Part shown: positions 38,626 through 48,990 of the stretch, one piece after another
Position numbering within the stretch: the stretch's first letter is position 1
Layout: each line of letters starts with the position of its first letter
Source: Gemmatimonadales bacterium
GTDB lineage: Bacteria; Gemmatimonadota; Gemmatimonadetes; Gemmatimonadales; GWC2-71-9
DNA length: 64,000 bases
Reading direction: 5' to 3'
Assembly (NCBI GenBank): GCA_037189525.1
Contig: JBBCJC010000002.1
Location: forward strand, 416,001 to 480,000
Notes under the pieces: model-generated
Seen by the model: only the letters and a program-made list of their open reading frames with translations
What the model was told of the DNA's origin: nothing
Database searches by the model: none
Translations under genes and position numbers: made by a program

Positions 38626-40506
38626 CTAGTTCGTTCCCGTGGCCGTGGCCTCGATGACCCGCGCGTTCTCAGCGCAACGCGAGGTGTTCACGTTCCCTCC
38701 GGTCGCCACGATGGTCCACGGCGTCGTCAGGGCTGCCCCAGGGCCCCAGATATCCGACCATCCGGCCAGCGTGGAGAAGTCCGGCATCGCGAGTACCGCG
38801 GTGGCGCCGCCGATCCACGCCGGCGTGGCGATCAACTCGACGAATCGCGGTGTCCCGGTGGTCTGACGGTACCGGAACAGCACCGGCGCATCATATTCGA
38901 GCGACATCCCGAAGGACGCTTGGAGTCGCTTGTAGTTGCCGCCGAGTGAAGTGATGACCGGATTCCCGATCTCGGCGCCGAACGTCACCGTTCGGGGTGC
39001 CAGGGTGTGGAACGATTCGGTCACCGTCCGGCTCATCGGTCCGGAGGCCGTCACGATGCGGAGCTGGTGGTAGTCGTCCGGCCGTTGCTGGGCCGCCGCG
39101 ACTCCGAACATCGTCGTCGTGGGTGTGGCGGGCGCCTGGTTGATCATGCCCCGATCGCAAGTCGACCGCGCCAGGTAGTACATCTCCTGGAGCAAGCCGT
39201 GTCCGGCCGTGGCGCCCACGATGGTCAAGGGGGCGGTTGCCGGAGCGACCGACTCGGTCGCGCTGAAGTCGAGCGCGGGCATCGTGGTACCGTCCGCGAA
39301 GTTCTGGTCGCGCCGGATGATGATCCGGTCGGTGGCTGCCGGTAGCCCCGCAAAACGGTATGCCACCAGATCGCGATCGCCGCTGGGCACGCCGGCCATC
39401 GTGAAGGTCGGAAACAGGGCCGACGGCGCCCCGATGGCCCCGCCGAGATTGAGGAGCACCGCCTGTTGCCCGGTGAGACCGGTGACCGATCCGTTGATGA
39501 TTTTGATGTTGACCGGCAGCGGTGGACAGGCCACGATCTGAGCGGCAGTCATCTCTGCCCGGGTCATGAACTGGATGTTCGTGGTGGTCGACGAGCCGGC
39601 GCTTTGCCGGGCAACGTGCGCAAACGCAGCAAGCGGCGAGTCGACGGTGAACCGGAACACGCCGCCGGTGGCAGTTACCGGGGTCCACGGACCGTCGCCG
39701 TCGCGATAGGCGCCCCAGATAGCGTACGGACTGCCGCAACCACTGAAGTCGAATACCGCGTTGCCGGTTCCCGTAACCGCAGTCACCGAGACTTGAACAC
39801 TGGTGACTTTGTCCGGCAGGCCGGCGGCGGTGCCGCGGATCGTCAGGGTATAGGTACCGGCTGCAAGTCCCGCCGCTGCAATGATCGTGAGCGACGAGGT
39901 GGTTCCCGTGGCGGCTGCGGGATTGAAGGACGTGGTCAGACCGGCCGGGGCGCCTTCGACGGTCAGCTGGACGGTCCCGGCAAACCCGGCGGTCCGCGCG
40001 ATGTTCACGGTCACCTGGCGGTCGCTGCCTTGGGGGACCGAGAGCGGCGAGCCGGTCACGGTCAGTTCATACGTCGGGGTGGGTGCGGCCGTGACCGTGA
40101 GGGAAAACGAGCCGGTCGCATCGTTGACGCCGCTCCCCCGGGCCCGAAGGGTCAGATTGGTCAGGCCGGGTGCTGCCGCCATGGTGGCTGCGAACGTCAC
40201 CGTGATCGTAGTGATCGTTCCGGAGGTCGACTCGTTCGATTGGGTCGCCGTGACTCCGGTGGGGAGTCCTTCGACTGCCAGGGTGACGGCGCCGGTGAAG
40301 TTGCCGGCCCGGGTGACGAGCACGGTGATCGCGAAGCTCGCCCCCTGCTGAATGGTGGTGTTCCCCACATTCATCGCCAGCGAGATGATGCCGGCCGGGG
40401 GTGGGGGCGGGGGCGGCGGTGGTGGCGGCGCGGGAGGGTTAGGTGTCGTGGAGCCTCCGCAACCGATCACGATTGCGAGGATTCCCAGGCCAATCATCTT
40501 CCGCAT
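38626..40506 (-). CDS. Large surface lipoprotein with Pro linker and two tandem Ig-like domains
   Basis: Lipobox VIGC, poly-Pro, two repeats of QG....TV...R...F.G.V.L.VEG.P.G.T, then an unknown beta-rich region. Confidence 0.8.
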   Translation of the reverse strand: MRKMIGLGILAIVIGCGGSTTPNPPAPPPPPPPPPPPAGIISLAMNVGNTTIQQGASFAITVLVTRAGNFTGAVTLAVEGLPTGVTATQSNESTSGTITTITVTFAATMAAAPGLTNLTLRARGSGVNDATGSFSLTVTAAPTPTYELTVTGSPLSVPQGSDRQVTVNIARTAGFAGTVQLTVEGAPAGLTTSFNPAAATGTTSSLTIIAAAGLAAGTYTLTIRGTAAGLPDKVTSVQVSVTAVTGTGNAVFDFSGCGSPYAIWGAYRDGDGPWTPVTATGGVFRFTVDSPLAAFAHVARQSAGSSTTTNIQFMTRAEMTAAQIVACPPLPVNIKIINGSVTGLTGQQAVLLNLGGAIGAPSALFPTFTMAGVPSGDRDLVAYRFAGLPAATDRIIIRRDQNFADGTTMPALDFSATESVAPATAPLTIVGATAGHGLLQEMYYLARSTCDRGMINQAPATPTTTMFGVAAAQQRPDDYHQLRIVTASGPMSRTVTESFHTLAPRTVTFGAEIGNPVITSLGGNYKRLQASFGMSLEYDAPVLFRYRQTTGTPRFVELIATPAWIGGATAVLAMPDFSTLAGWSDIWGPGAALTTPWTIVATGGNVNTSRCAENARVIEATATGTN

Positions 40507-40653
40507 AGCGTCTCCGACCGTTCCGCCGACAATGGTGATGTGAGTTCGGGCACATACCATTGCGCGGTGCGATCGGAAAAACGGTCACGGCATGGTCAGG
40601 TCAGGCGGGCCAGCAGCGGCGTCTGCCACAACCGTCCCTCGAAGAACAGGCCT

Positions 40654-41025
40654 TCACGTCGATCCCAGGTGCGTTGCCCGGAAGGCCGTGGAGAACTTGA
40701 GGCCAAAGCCCAGCGCGCGGTCCATTCCGATGTGCGCGAGCCAGATGAGCGCGAGGGGCCACGCCGCCTGGACCTGGCCGAAGTAGCCGACTGCCGCGAG
40801 CGCCGCGGGGCCGAGGTAGAGATGCAACGCGTTGTAGGTCATGGCGCCGACGCGCGGTCCGGCTGCGTACCCGATCATCCCCAGGTCCGGAGCAAGGAGC
40901 AGGAGCGCAAACATCGCCCACGAACCGCCGATGGCGTAATAAGCGACTACCGCAACGACGAGAAGCGTCATCCCTTCGATGCGCAGCAACAGGCGTGGTG
41001 TTCCCGATACGGGCGTGTCCATCAT
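40654..41025 (-). CDS. DUF4260 family membrane protein
   Basis: LLRIEG, LAPDLGMIGY..GPRVGA.TYNALH, AHIGMDRALGFGLK. Confidence 0.88.
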   Translation of the reverse strand: MMDTPVSGTPRLLLRIEGMTLLVVAVVAYYAIGGSWAMFALLLLAPDLGMIGYAAGPRVGAMTYNALHLYLGPAALAAVGYFGQVQAAWPLALIWLAHIGMDRALGFGLKFSTAFRATHLGST

Positions 41026-41064
41026 CGATCCTCGGGATCAGAACTGTATGGTCCTCGGCGGGCT

Positions 41065-41087
41065 CGAGGCGGGAATGTCCCGCCTCG
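41065..41087. terminator. Hairpin downstream of the phosphoesterase gene
   Basis: cgaggcggga-atg-tcccgcctcg, 10-bp perfect stem. Confidence 0.5.
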
Positions 41088-41112
41088 CGACGGGGCGTCG
41101 CTGCTCACCGAG

Positions 41113-42471
41113 CTACGACGTCGGATGGTTGAGTACCCAATGTGAGACTTCGGGATAGACCTGCGCGGTGCGCATCGGATAGTCCCGGACCATCCGACGG
41201 GCCGCGTCCTCGAATCCGCGCTGCATGGCGCCGGATGCGGGAGTGCGCGGTGCCGTCAAACCCAGTGTCGCCGTCAGGTCGACGTCGGGTGGCACGGGAA
41301 TGTCCGTTCGTGGCACCGACCGCGAGAGGGTATCGGCGACACTCCGTATGCCCGCGTGCTTTCGTTCCTGGACCCGCGCATTGAACCCATCGGCCGGGTC
41401 GAACTTGTCGGCCAGGAGTTGCAGGAACGAGGTATGGTCCAGCAACTCCTGATAGGGGACACCGCGTTCGACCAGCGGTGAGACGATCAAGCTCGGTACG
41501 CGAACCCCGAGGGTGCTGAACGGGCGGGTGAAGACCGCGTTCGGTCCGGGAACGAAGGGTATCGGAGGCGGGGCCACATGATCGAAGAAGCCGCCGTGCT
41601 CGTCGTACGTGATGACCCACAGCGTGCGTGCCCAGCGCGCCGGATTGACCGTCAACGCCTGATAGGTACGCAGCAACAGGGCCTCGCCCGGGGCCATGGG
41701 CAGCGGCGGATGATTGTCATTCGGTACGATGCCTCCGATTTGCGGGGCATCGGCATATGAAGGCTCGATGATGATGACGCTTGGGAAGTCTCCCGGTTGT
41801 TCGTTGGCGACATCGGCGGCCAGACGTTCGAGGCGACGGAAGTTGGGGCCGAAGATTTCCAGCCGTCCGAGGAGCGCGAAAAACGAAATACCGGCGTGGT
41901 AGACACGCCAGCGGACCTGCCGCTGATCGAGCCAGTCGAACACCATCTGATCGACGGGCGGAAAGATGCCTTTGGTCTCGTCGACCCGGGTGGCGCCGCA
42001 CAGGCTCATGATCCGGTTGGGCTGCGTACTGGTCGGAAGCGACGCGTGCCACTGGTCGCACACGGCGAATTCGTCGGCCAGGAACCGGGTAATCGGCACG
42101 TCCTTCGCCGTGAGGATGCCGAGTGGATCTGGTGTGGTGGTATCCGTCAGGGTCTGGTGCTGAAAGTATTCGCGCGCAAAGCCGTTCATCAGATAGCGAC
42201 CCTGCGCCTCGTTCCAGCCCAGCTGCCGCTCGATCTCATCTCGGGTATGCGGAAGGTCGACGCTCAGCAGGCCGTCCCGCATCAGGAACGGAGAATAGGT
42301 CTCGCCCTGGTAGCGATTGCGGTACGCTGCTTGTGACAGCGGCGAGCTGAGCCCGTTGACCACGGCGCGCGCTCCGGAGCCGGGCAGCGACATGTGACCG
42401 AGCACATGATCGAACGAACGGTTCTCGAGCATCAGGAACACGATGGTATCCACGTTGTCGAGAACACTCAT
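41113..42471 (-). CDS. Phosphoesterase / phospholipase C family protein
   Basis: MLENRSFDH, TQPNR, DNHPP, TYDEHGGFFDHVAPP, LGVRVP, DHTS. Confidence 0.9.
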   Translation of the reverse strand: MSVLDNVDTIVFLMLENRSFDHVLGHMSLPGSGARAVVNGLSSPLSQAAYRNRYQGETYSPFLMRDGLLSVDLPHTRDEIERQLGWNEAQGRYLMNGFAREYFQHQTLTDTTTPDPLGILTAKDVPITRFLADEFAVCDQWHASLPTSTQPNRIMSLCGATRVDETKGIFPPVDQMVFDWLDQRQVRWRVYHAGISFFALLGRLEIFGPNFRRLERLAADVANEQPGDFPSVIIIEPSYADAPQIGGIVPNDNHPPLPMAPGEALLLRTYQALTVNPARWARTLWVITYDEHGGFFDHVAPPPIPFVPGPNAVFTRPFSTLGVRVPSLIVSPLVERGVPYQELLDHTSFLQLLADKFDPADGFNARVQERKHAGIRSVADTLSRSVPRTDIPVPPDVDLTATLGLTAPRTPASGAMQRGFEDAARRMVRDYPMRTAQVYPEVSHWVLNHPTS

Positions 42472-43061
42472 CGGCAGACCTCGATCGACAGGTCCAGGTG
42501 GGCTGGCGGCGCCTGTTCCGCGCTACCCGCCGATTCGCCGGGCAGGAACGCGGCGCGCAGGTCCCAATCTCCCGCGATCGGGAGGCCGTTCCAATCGCGG
42601 AATGTCGTCGGACCGGATGGAATCACGGTCGAGCGATCTCCGCGGCGCAGCTGTACGGGGCGATCGAAGTTGGTGCGGATGGTCCCGATGACGACATCAT
42701 CATTCCATCGTGGCGGGCCGAGGGGTTCTCCGGCGACGATCGAATCGCGCGTTGCCGAAAGCCGCGTATCGAATGACAGGGCAATCGGTGTCGTCGACGG
42801 TAACGTCACGACGTCCTTCCGGGCCCAGGTGCGCTTGCTGCCCTTGGCAGCCTGGAGTGTATAGGTCGTCGTGTCGGCCTCTGCGGTACCCCGCCGCGTT
42901 ACAACCAGGGATGGGGTGCCGCGGACCCGGTGGGCGATGGCCACCGAGTCGCCTGCGCACACACGCATTGGTGAGACGTCGAAGTGGTGGATTTTCGGTC
43001 CACACCCGGCCAGCAACAGCAAGCAGGGTGCGGACCAAGAGACGCACACGATCGATCGCAT
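42468..43061 (-). CDS. Hypothetical lipoprotein
   Basis: Lipobox LLAGC; ATGA overlap with the phosphoesterase start. Confidence 0.65.
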   Translation of the reverse strand: MRSIVCVSWSAPCLLLLAGCGPKIHHFDVSPMRVCAGDSVAIAHRVRGTPSLVVTRRGTAEADTTTYTLQAAKGSKRTWARKDVVTLPSTTPIALSFDTRLSATRDSIVAGEPLGPPRWNDDVVIGTIRTNFDRPVQLRRGDRSTVIPSGPTTFRDWNGLPIAGDWDLRAAFLPGESAGSAEQAPPAHLDLSIEVCR

Positions 43062-43092
43062 AGGATGTCCGTCGGGAAACGGAAGACGAACA

Positions 43093-43602
43093 TTATCGAT
43101 TCGATGGGTCGGGCGGTAGGTCGGCTCGCCAGCCCGAGGTAATGTCGACCCATCCTTGGGAGCCACTCAGCTGCTCGAGGTCGGCGAGTGTGAGGCCGAT
43201 GGCCGAGTTGGGACTGCCCGCGGCGGGATAGACGACCTCGAACCGGCGAAGGGACTCATCCAGAAAGACCCGGGTTCCCGGTGGGTTGGCAAAGGGACAG
43301 ACGCCACCGACCGGATGGCCCGTGAGTGGCTCGACCTGCTCGGCCGACAACATGCGAGGCTTCGCGCCAAAGCGACGTTTGAACGAGCCGTTGTGCAACT
43401 TGGCGTCGCCGGCGGTGACGATGAGCAGGGCTTTGGCGGGATCCTCCGGGTCGCCCACGGCAAGCGTTTTCGCAATTCGCTCGGGCTCGGTTCCCACTTC
43501 GGCCGCCGCCAGCGCAACCGTCGCGCTCGATGCGGCGAACTCGAGGATATCATCGGCGCGGCCAAAGGGACGCAGATACTCGCGGACGTGGACGACGGTC
43601 AC
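43093..43602 (-). CDS. YbaK/EbsC family aminoacyl-tRNA deacylase
   Basis: [35 protein letters not shown] overlap with the ftsH stop. Confidence 0.9.
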   Translation of the reverse strand: MTVVHVREYLRPFGRADDILEFAASSATVALAAAEVGTEPERIAKTLAVGDPEDPAKALLIVTAGDAKLHNGSFKRRFGAKPRMLSAEQVEPLTGHPVGGVCPFANPPGTRVFLDESLRRFEVVYPAAGSPNSAIGLTLADLEQLSGSQGWVDITSGWRADLPPDPSNR

Positions 43603-45617
43603 GTGGCGTCGCTCCTGATCAGTTTGATGCTTTCGAGCGGCGCGGCCGGGGGAAGGCCCGTGACGCCGAGGATCTCTTTCTCGCCCAGGGTTTCCCGCTC
43701 CAGCAGCGCGCCGACCAGCGCATCGAGCTGGTGACGATAGATCCGGATCAGGCGGCGGGCCTCTGCGTAGCTTTCAGAGATGATCCTGAGCACTTCGGCA
43801 TCGACGATCTTGGCCGTTTCCTCGCTGAACGATTTCGACGTGCCCATCGCGTTGCCGCCCAGGAACGGGTTCTGGCGGTCGGAGAGCTGCACCATGCCGA
43901 GCCGGTCGCTCATCCCCCAACGGGTCACCATCGACCGCGCCAGGTTGGTGGCCTGTTCGATGTCGTTCTCGGCGCCGGTCGTTTTGGTGCCGTAGACCTC
44001 TTCTTCTGCCGCGCGGCCGCCCAGAATGCCGACGATCCTTGCGCGCAAGTACGCTTCGGGATAGTTGTAGCGATCGGCATCGGGACGCTGGTAGGTCACG
44101 CCGAGCGCCTGACCTCGCGGCACGATGCTGACGCGATGGACCGGATCGGCGCCGGGAACGACGAGGCCGAGTATGGCGTGGCCACCTTCGTGATAGGCAA
44201 TCCGTTCGCGATCCTGGTAGCTCAGCAGGAGCGGCCGTTCGGGCCCCAGGATGATCTTCTCCAGCGCGTCCATGAAATCGACCTGCATTACCTGATTGCG
44301 ATTGCGTCGCGCGGCCAGGAGGGCGGCTTCGTTGACCAGGTTGCGCAGATCCGCGCCGGACAGGCCGGGCGTGGCGGCGGCGATTTCCGTCAGACTCGCA
44401 TCCGGAGCAAGCGGCACCGCGCGGGTATGGACCTTGAGGATCGCCTCCCGTCCCGCCTTATCCGGCAGATTGACCACCACTCGGCGATCGAAACGGCCGG
44501 GGCGGAGCAGGGCTTTGTCGAGCACGTCCGGCTGGTTGGTCGCGGCGAGCACGATGATGCCCTGCCGGCTCGAGAAGCCGTCCATCTCCGTCAGGATCTG
44601 GTTGAGCGTCTGTTCCTGTTCGCTCGAGCCACCGATGGCCACCTGCCCGCGGGCGCGACCGATCGAATCGAGTTCGTCGATGAAGATGATGGCCGGGGCG
44701 TTCTCGCGGGCCTGCTTGAACAGATCGCGGACCCGTGCCGCGCCGACGCCGACGATCATCTCGACAAATTCGGAGCCGCTCATCGAGAAGAACGGCACCC
44801 CGGCCTCACCGGCCACCGCCTTGGCCAGCAGGGTTTTGCCGGTGCCGGGCGCGCCGACCAGCAGCACGCCTTTTGGCGCAGTGCCGCCGAGCCTGGTGTA
44901 TTTGCCCGGGTCCTTGAGGAAGTCGACGATTTCGACCAGCTCGTTCTCGGCTTCGTCGATTCCGGCCACGTCCTCGAAGGTCACCCGTCCGTCGGCCTGT
45001 TGATCGAAGCGCCGAGCTCCGGCTTTGCCCAGTCCGCCCAACATCCCGGCGCCCATGCCGCCGCCTTGCTTGGCGGCGCGGCGAAAGAGCCAGACGTAAA
45101 AGGCGATCAGCAGCGCGGCCGGTCCGAACCCGAAGAGCATCGTCATCCACGGGCTGCCTTCGCGAATCGGCTCGGCGCTGATTTCGACGCCGTGCTCGAT
45201 CAGCAGCGCCTCGAGGCCGGGATCGACGAAGGCCGGGAGCGTGGTCGCGAAGGTGGTGACGGCTTGTGGATCGATGTCTGCCACCGTGTCGCGCTCGGCG
45301 GGATACATCACCGGCGCGATGAACTTGCCGGTCAGACTTTCGCCCCGGCTGTAGATCCGCTCGACGTTCTGCTTGACGATTTCCTGCTTGAAGAGCGTAT
45401 AGGGAACTTTGGTCGACGGCTCCGTACCCGGGAAGAGGAACCGAACCAGCAGGAAATTGGCTGCCAGAATCGCCAGGAAGGTGAGCCAGGCGTTGCGCGG
45501 CGGCATGGCGCCCGCTCCGCCCGGCTTCCCCCCGTTGGGCGGTCGGGTCTGATTCGGTCCCTGGCCTGGAACGTCGTTCCGGCGGGATCGATCGAGCGGC
45601 GGTTGCGGATTGGCCAT
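43599..45617 (-). CDS. ftsH: ATP-dependent zinc metalloprotease FtsH
   Basis: Two [38 protein letters not shown]. Confidence 0.95.
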   Translation of the reverse strand: MANPQPPLDRSRRNDVPGQGPNQTRPPNGGKPGGAGAMPPRNAWLTFLAILAANFLLVRFLFPGTEPSTKVPYTLFKQEIVKQNVERIYSRGESLTGKFIAPVMYPAERDTVADIDPQAVTTFATTLPAFVDPGLEALLIEHGVEISAEPIREGSPWMTMLFGFGPAALLIAFYVWLFRRAAKQGGGMGAGMLGGLGKAGARRFDQQADGRVTFEDVAGIDEAENELVEIVDFLKDPGKYTRLGGTAPKGVLLVGAPGTGKTLLAKAVAGEAGVPFFSMSGSEFVEMIVGVGAARVRDLFKQARENAPAIIFIDELDSIGRARGQVAIGGSSEQEQTLNQILTEMDGFSSRQGIIVLAATNQPDVLDKALLRPGRFDRRVVVNLPDKAGREAILKVHTRAVPLAPDASLTEIAAATPGLSGADLRNLVNEAALLAARRNRNQVMQVDFMDALEKIILGPERPLLLSYQDRERIAYHEGGHAILGLVVPGADPVHRVSIVPRGQALGVTYQRPDADRYNYPEAYLRARIVGILGGRAAEEEVYGTKTTGAENDIEQATNLARSMVTRWGMSDRLGMVQLSDRQNPFLGGNAMGTSKSFSEETAKIVDAEVLRIISESYAEARRLIRIYRHQLDALVGALLERETLGEKEILGVTGLPPAAPLESIKLIRSDAT

Positions 45618-45704
45618 GGCCCACGTCCTTGGGAGAGCGGCGAAGGGAGCAGGTTAATCCGAGCTACCGGCCCTGTCGACTCCCGCCAGCACCCCGATCG
45701 GTCT

Positions 45705-45756
45705 CCCCTTGAAACTCTAGGGGGCCGCGCTACGTTTCCCTAGAATACCATAGGGA
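45705..45756 (+). promoter_or_regulatory. padR promoter with two palindromic operators
   Basis: CCCCT-N9-AGGGG (45705-45723) over -35 TTGAAA; -10 TACGTT (45731); TCCCTA-N8-TAGGGA (45737-45756) over the RBS. Confidence 0.65.
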
Positions 45757-45765
45757 GAGCCCGGG

Positions 45766-46119
45766 ATGGCGGATTCATCGGTCGAGTTGCTGCGGGGGAG
45801 TCTGGATCTCCTGATCCTCCGGTCGCTGGTGCAGCGGCCGCTGCATGGATACGCCGTGATGCGTTGGATCGAGCAGGCCACCGACGGGACGTTATCGATC
45901 GAAGAGGGGTCGCTCTACCCGGCGCTCTACCGTCTGGTCGACCGCGGCTGGCTCGAATCGGATTGGGGTGTGTCCGAAAACAACCGTCGGGCCCGGTACT
46001 ACACGCTGACGCCGAAGGGGCGGGCTCGGCTCAAGGTCGAGGTCCGCGACTTTACCCGGTTTGCGGAGGCGATGTTTCAGGCCATTGCCGGGACACCGGC
46101 GGTCAAGGAGTCGACATGA
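45766..46119 (+). CDS. PadR family regulator (acidobacterial type)
   Basis: LLRGSLDLLIL, HGY, EEGSLYPALYRL, WGVSENNRRARYY. Confidence 0.93.
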   Translation: MADSSVELLRGSLDLLILRSLVQRPLHGYAVMRWIEQATDGTLSIEEGSLYPALYRLVDRGWLESDWGVSENNRRARYYTLTPKGRARLKVEVRDFTRFAEAMFQAIAGTPAVKEST

Positions 46120-48812
46120 AGGCGGATCCGTGGTGGCGCCGGTACTGGCGCTCGCTGGGCTTCGGGCCGGAGGTGGCGGAGGAGCTGGAGTTCCACATCG
46201 AGATGTTGACCCGCCAGTTGATTGAGCAGGGCATGTCCCCGGAGGCGGCGCGCGCGGAGGCGACCCGGCGGTTCGGTGACCGCGGGCAGGTCCAGGCGCA
46301 ACTGGAAACCATCGAGCGGCGCCGCGGTCGTCGGCTGCGGATCGGAGTGCGCCTGGAGGAGTGGTGGGCCGATGTTCGGTATGCGGCCCGCGGCCTGTTG
46401 AAACGCCCGGCGTACACGATCGCTGCGGTGCTGTCGCTCGCGCTGGGCATCGGGACCGCGACGGTGGTCTTCGCGATCGTCGACGCCTGGATGTTCCGTC
46501 CGCTGCCGGTCGATCGCCCCGACCGGCTGGTCGTCGTCGGCGCAACCTATCCCGCGGTTGGCGGGATCGTGATTCCGAATATCTCGCTCCACGCCGTTCG
46601 TGAACTTCGCGAACGCTCCGACCTCTTTGATGATGTCGCGGCCTGGCGGATTCAGGTCGTGACCGCGCGCCAGGGCGGAAGCGAACGCGGAGCCGTGGGG
46701 TTCATGCTGAGCACGACGGGGAACTACTTCGAGTTGCTAGGCGTCAAGGCTTCGCTGGGTAGGGTGTATGCGGAGGCTGACGCCGTGGAGCGCTCATCGG
46801 TCGTGGTTCTCGATCACGACTATTGGCGTCGGCGGCTGGGTAGCGATCCGGGCATTCTCGGGAAAACGATGCTGCTGAACGGGAAATCCTTTACCGTCAT
46901 CGGTGTCGCCGAGCCGCGGTTTCGCGGGACGGAGCATCTGGTGGCGATCGAGGGATACATTACGACGGGTTCCGAGGGCGTCATGGATCCCGCGATGGCT
47001 GCGGTCGATACGGATCCCTCCATGGGCTATTTCCAGATCATCGCGCGGCGGCGATCGGACGTCACCATGGCGTCCCTGCGTGCCGCGCTGAATACATATG
47101 GTACGCAGCTGGCCGCTACCTATCCGGTGCTTCCCTCGGGGTATCAGATTCACGCTGTCCCGGAGCAGGATGCCCGTCCGACCATCAGCGCGGCCGGCCG
47201 GACCGCGCCGGCAGGGATTGCGCTGCTGGCGCTCGCGGCCCTGATTCTGGCCACGGCGGCCGTCAATGTGACCAACCTGATCCTGACGCGGGCCAGTAGC
47301 CGCCAGGAAGAGATCGCGGTGCGGCTCGCGCTGGGGGCGTCCCGCTGGCGCGTGGCTCGACAACTGCTCACGGAGAGCGCGCTGCTTGGTCTGGCCGGGT
47401 TCGGGGCGGCGTGGGGACTTGCGCAGCTTGCGGTGAGCACGCTCGAGCGTCTGGCGCTGGTCTCCACCGTTCCGCTGCGATTGAGCTTTGCCATCGATGG
47501 GCGCGTGCTGATCGTCAGCGCCGCGGTAGCGCTCGGCGCGGGCCTGCTGAGCGGAATCGGTCCTGCCGTCGTGGCGTCGAAAGGTGTGCAACACACCCTC
47601 CGCCGCGCGGGTCGCAACGGCCTGGGCGGTTTGGGCGGCCGATTCCGCGCCGGGCTGGTGGTGGTCCAGGTGTCCGCGTCGTTCGTGGTGCTGGTGGCCG
47701 CCGGACTCTTCGTCGAGAGCGTCCGGCGGATGGCGACCGTTCCGCTTGGTATGCAGCCAACCCGCGTCCTCACGGGCGGATTCCAGGCCGGGTCGACACC
47801 GGCTACGGCCCCGGTTGCCTTCGAGCGAATCGCCGCGCTGCTGCGCGAGACGCCGGGGATCGAGGGCGTGGCCCTCGCGACGTCCGTGCCGCTCACCACG
47901 ACCGGTGGGGATATCCTCGATGTCTATCCGGCGGACACGCCTCCGGAGGCCGACGCCAAGGGTGCCGTGGGCGCCATGCGGGCGGAGGTCGACCCTGCCT
48001 ATTTCGATGTGATGGGTACCCCGGTCATCAAGGGTCGCGCGTTTACGCTGCGCGATGACAGCCTGGCCCCGCCGGTCGCGATCGTCAATGAGGAAGCGGC
48101 GCGTCGCTGGTGGCCGGGCGTCGATCCGATCGGGCGGCAGCTCCGGTTCGATCCGGACGGCCCGGCGGTCGAAGTCGTGGGGGTGGTGCCGACCGGTCGC
48201 TACCTGGTAATCACCGAAGCGCCGCGTGCGTTCGTTATGACCCCCCTCGCGCAGCGTCCGGCGTTCACCTTCGGCGTCGTGCTGATCAAAAGCCGACTGT
48301 CGCCGGCTGCGGCGGAAGATGCGTTGCGGAACGCCGCGGCGGCAGTCGATCCGGACCTGGCGCCGTATGCCGTGGCCACGATGGAGAACACGATCAAGAA
48401 CGGGGTCAATGGCTTGCTCCCGCTCCGGTTCGGGTCAATGATGACCATGGTCATCGGGGCCTTGGGTCTGCTGTTGACCGTGGTCGGTCTCTACGGCGTC
48501 CTGGCATACACCGTGAGCCGGGAAACGCGGGAGATCGGCGTTCGCATGGCGCTGGGTGCGGATCGCAGCGCGATCGTCGGGCGCGTGCTGAAACGTGGCG
48601 GTCGGTTGCTGGGTATCGGGGTGGTGCTCGGCGCTCTCGTCGCGCTCGCGGGCACTCGGCTGCTGGCGAACTTGTTGGCCGGTGTCAGCACCAGCGATGC
48701 GGGGATCTACCTGATGGTTGGCGCGCTTCTGCTGGTCGTCGGGGCCGGTGCGGCGTACCTGCCGGCTCGGCGGGCCGCGCGCCTCGATCCTGTCAGGGCT
48801 CTGCGAGAATAG
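46116..48812 (+). CDS. ADOP family duplicated ABC permease
   Basis: ATGA overlap with padR; N-terminal EELEFHIEM...EAARAEATRRFG domain; EIAVRLALGA, REIGVRMALGA, PARRAARLDP. Confidence 0.92.
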   Translation: MKADPWWRRYWRSLGFGPEVAEELEFHIEMLTRQLIEQGMSPEAARAEATRRFGDRGQVQAQLETIERRRGRRLRIGVRLEEWWADVRYAARGLLKRPAYTIAAVLSLALGIGTATVVFAIVDAWMFRPLPVDRPDRLVVVGATYPAVGGIVIPNISLHAVRELRERSDLFDDVAAWRIQVVTARQGGSERGAVGFMLSTTGNYFELLGVKASLGRVYAEADAVERSSVVVLDHDYWRRRLGSDPGILGKTMLLNGKSFTVIGVAEPRFRGTEHLVAIEGYITTGSEGVMDPAMAAVDTDPSMGYFQIIARRRSDVTMASLRAALNTYGTQLAATYPVLPSGYQIHAVPEQDARPTISAAGRTAPAGIALLALAALILATAAVNVTNLILTRASSRQEEIAVRLALGASRWRVARQLLTESALLGLAGFGAAWGLAQLAVSTLERLALVSTVPLRLSFAIDGRVLIVSAAVALGAGLLSGIGPAVVASKGVQHTLRRAGRNGLGGLGGRFRAGLVVVQVSASFVVLVAAGLFVESVRRMATVPLGMQPTRVLTGGFQAGSTPATAPVAFERIAALLRETPGIEGVALATSVPLTTTGGDILDVYPADTPPEADAKGAVGAMRAEVDPAYFDVMGTPVIKGRAFTLRDDSLAPPVAIVNEEAARRWWPGVDPIGRQLRFDPDGPAVEVVGVVPTGRYLVITEAPRAFVMTPLAQRPAFTFGVVLIKSRLSPAAAEDALRNAAAAVDPDLAPYAVATMENTIKNGVNGLLPLRFGSMMTMVIGALGLLLTVVGLYGVLAYTVSRETREIGVRMALGADRSAIVGRVLKRGGRLLGIGVVLGALVALAGTRLLANLLAGVSTSDAGIYLMVGALLLVVGAGAAYLPARRAARLDPVRALRE

Positions 48813-48990
48813 GCCGGTCGGCTTGGCGATCGGCCTCTCTGTGATCCTCGTCACGGCGGTTCCAGCCGAAGGCTGCTACCGTCCGATGAGGGGGATCGGT
48901 CCGGTGGCGTCGATCTGCGCCAATGCCACCCGCATCGCGATCTGAATAGATGCCTGGCCGCGTTCGTTGCGAGGGTGTCAGCCAGTGATC

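Noticed and set aside
45864..46115. N-terminal extension of the 982-aa ORF
   Set aside because: Overlaps padR in another frame; the better start is ATG 46116 with an AAGGAG RBS and ATGA coupling.
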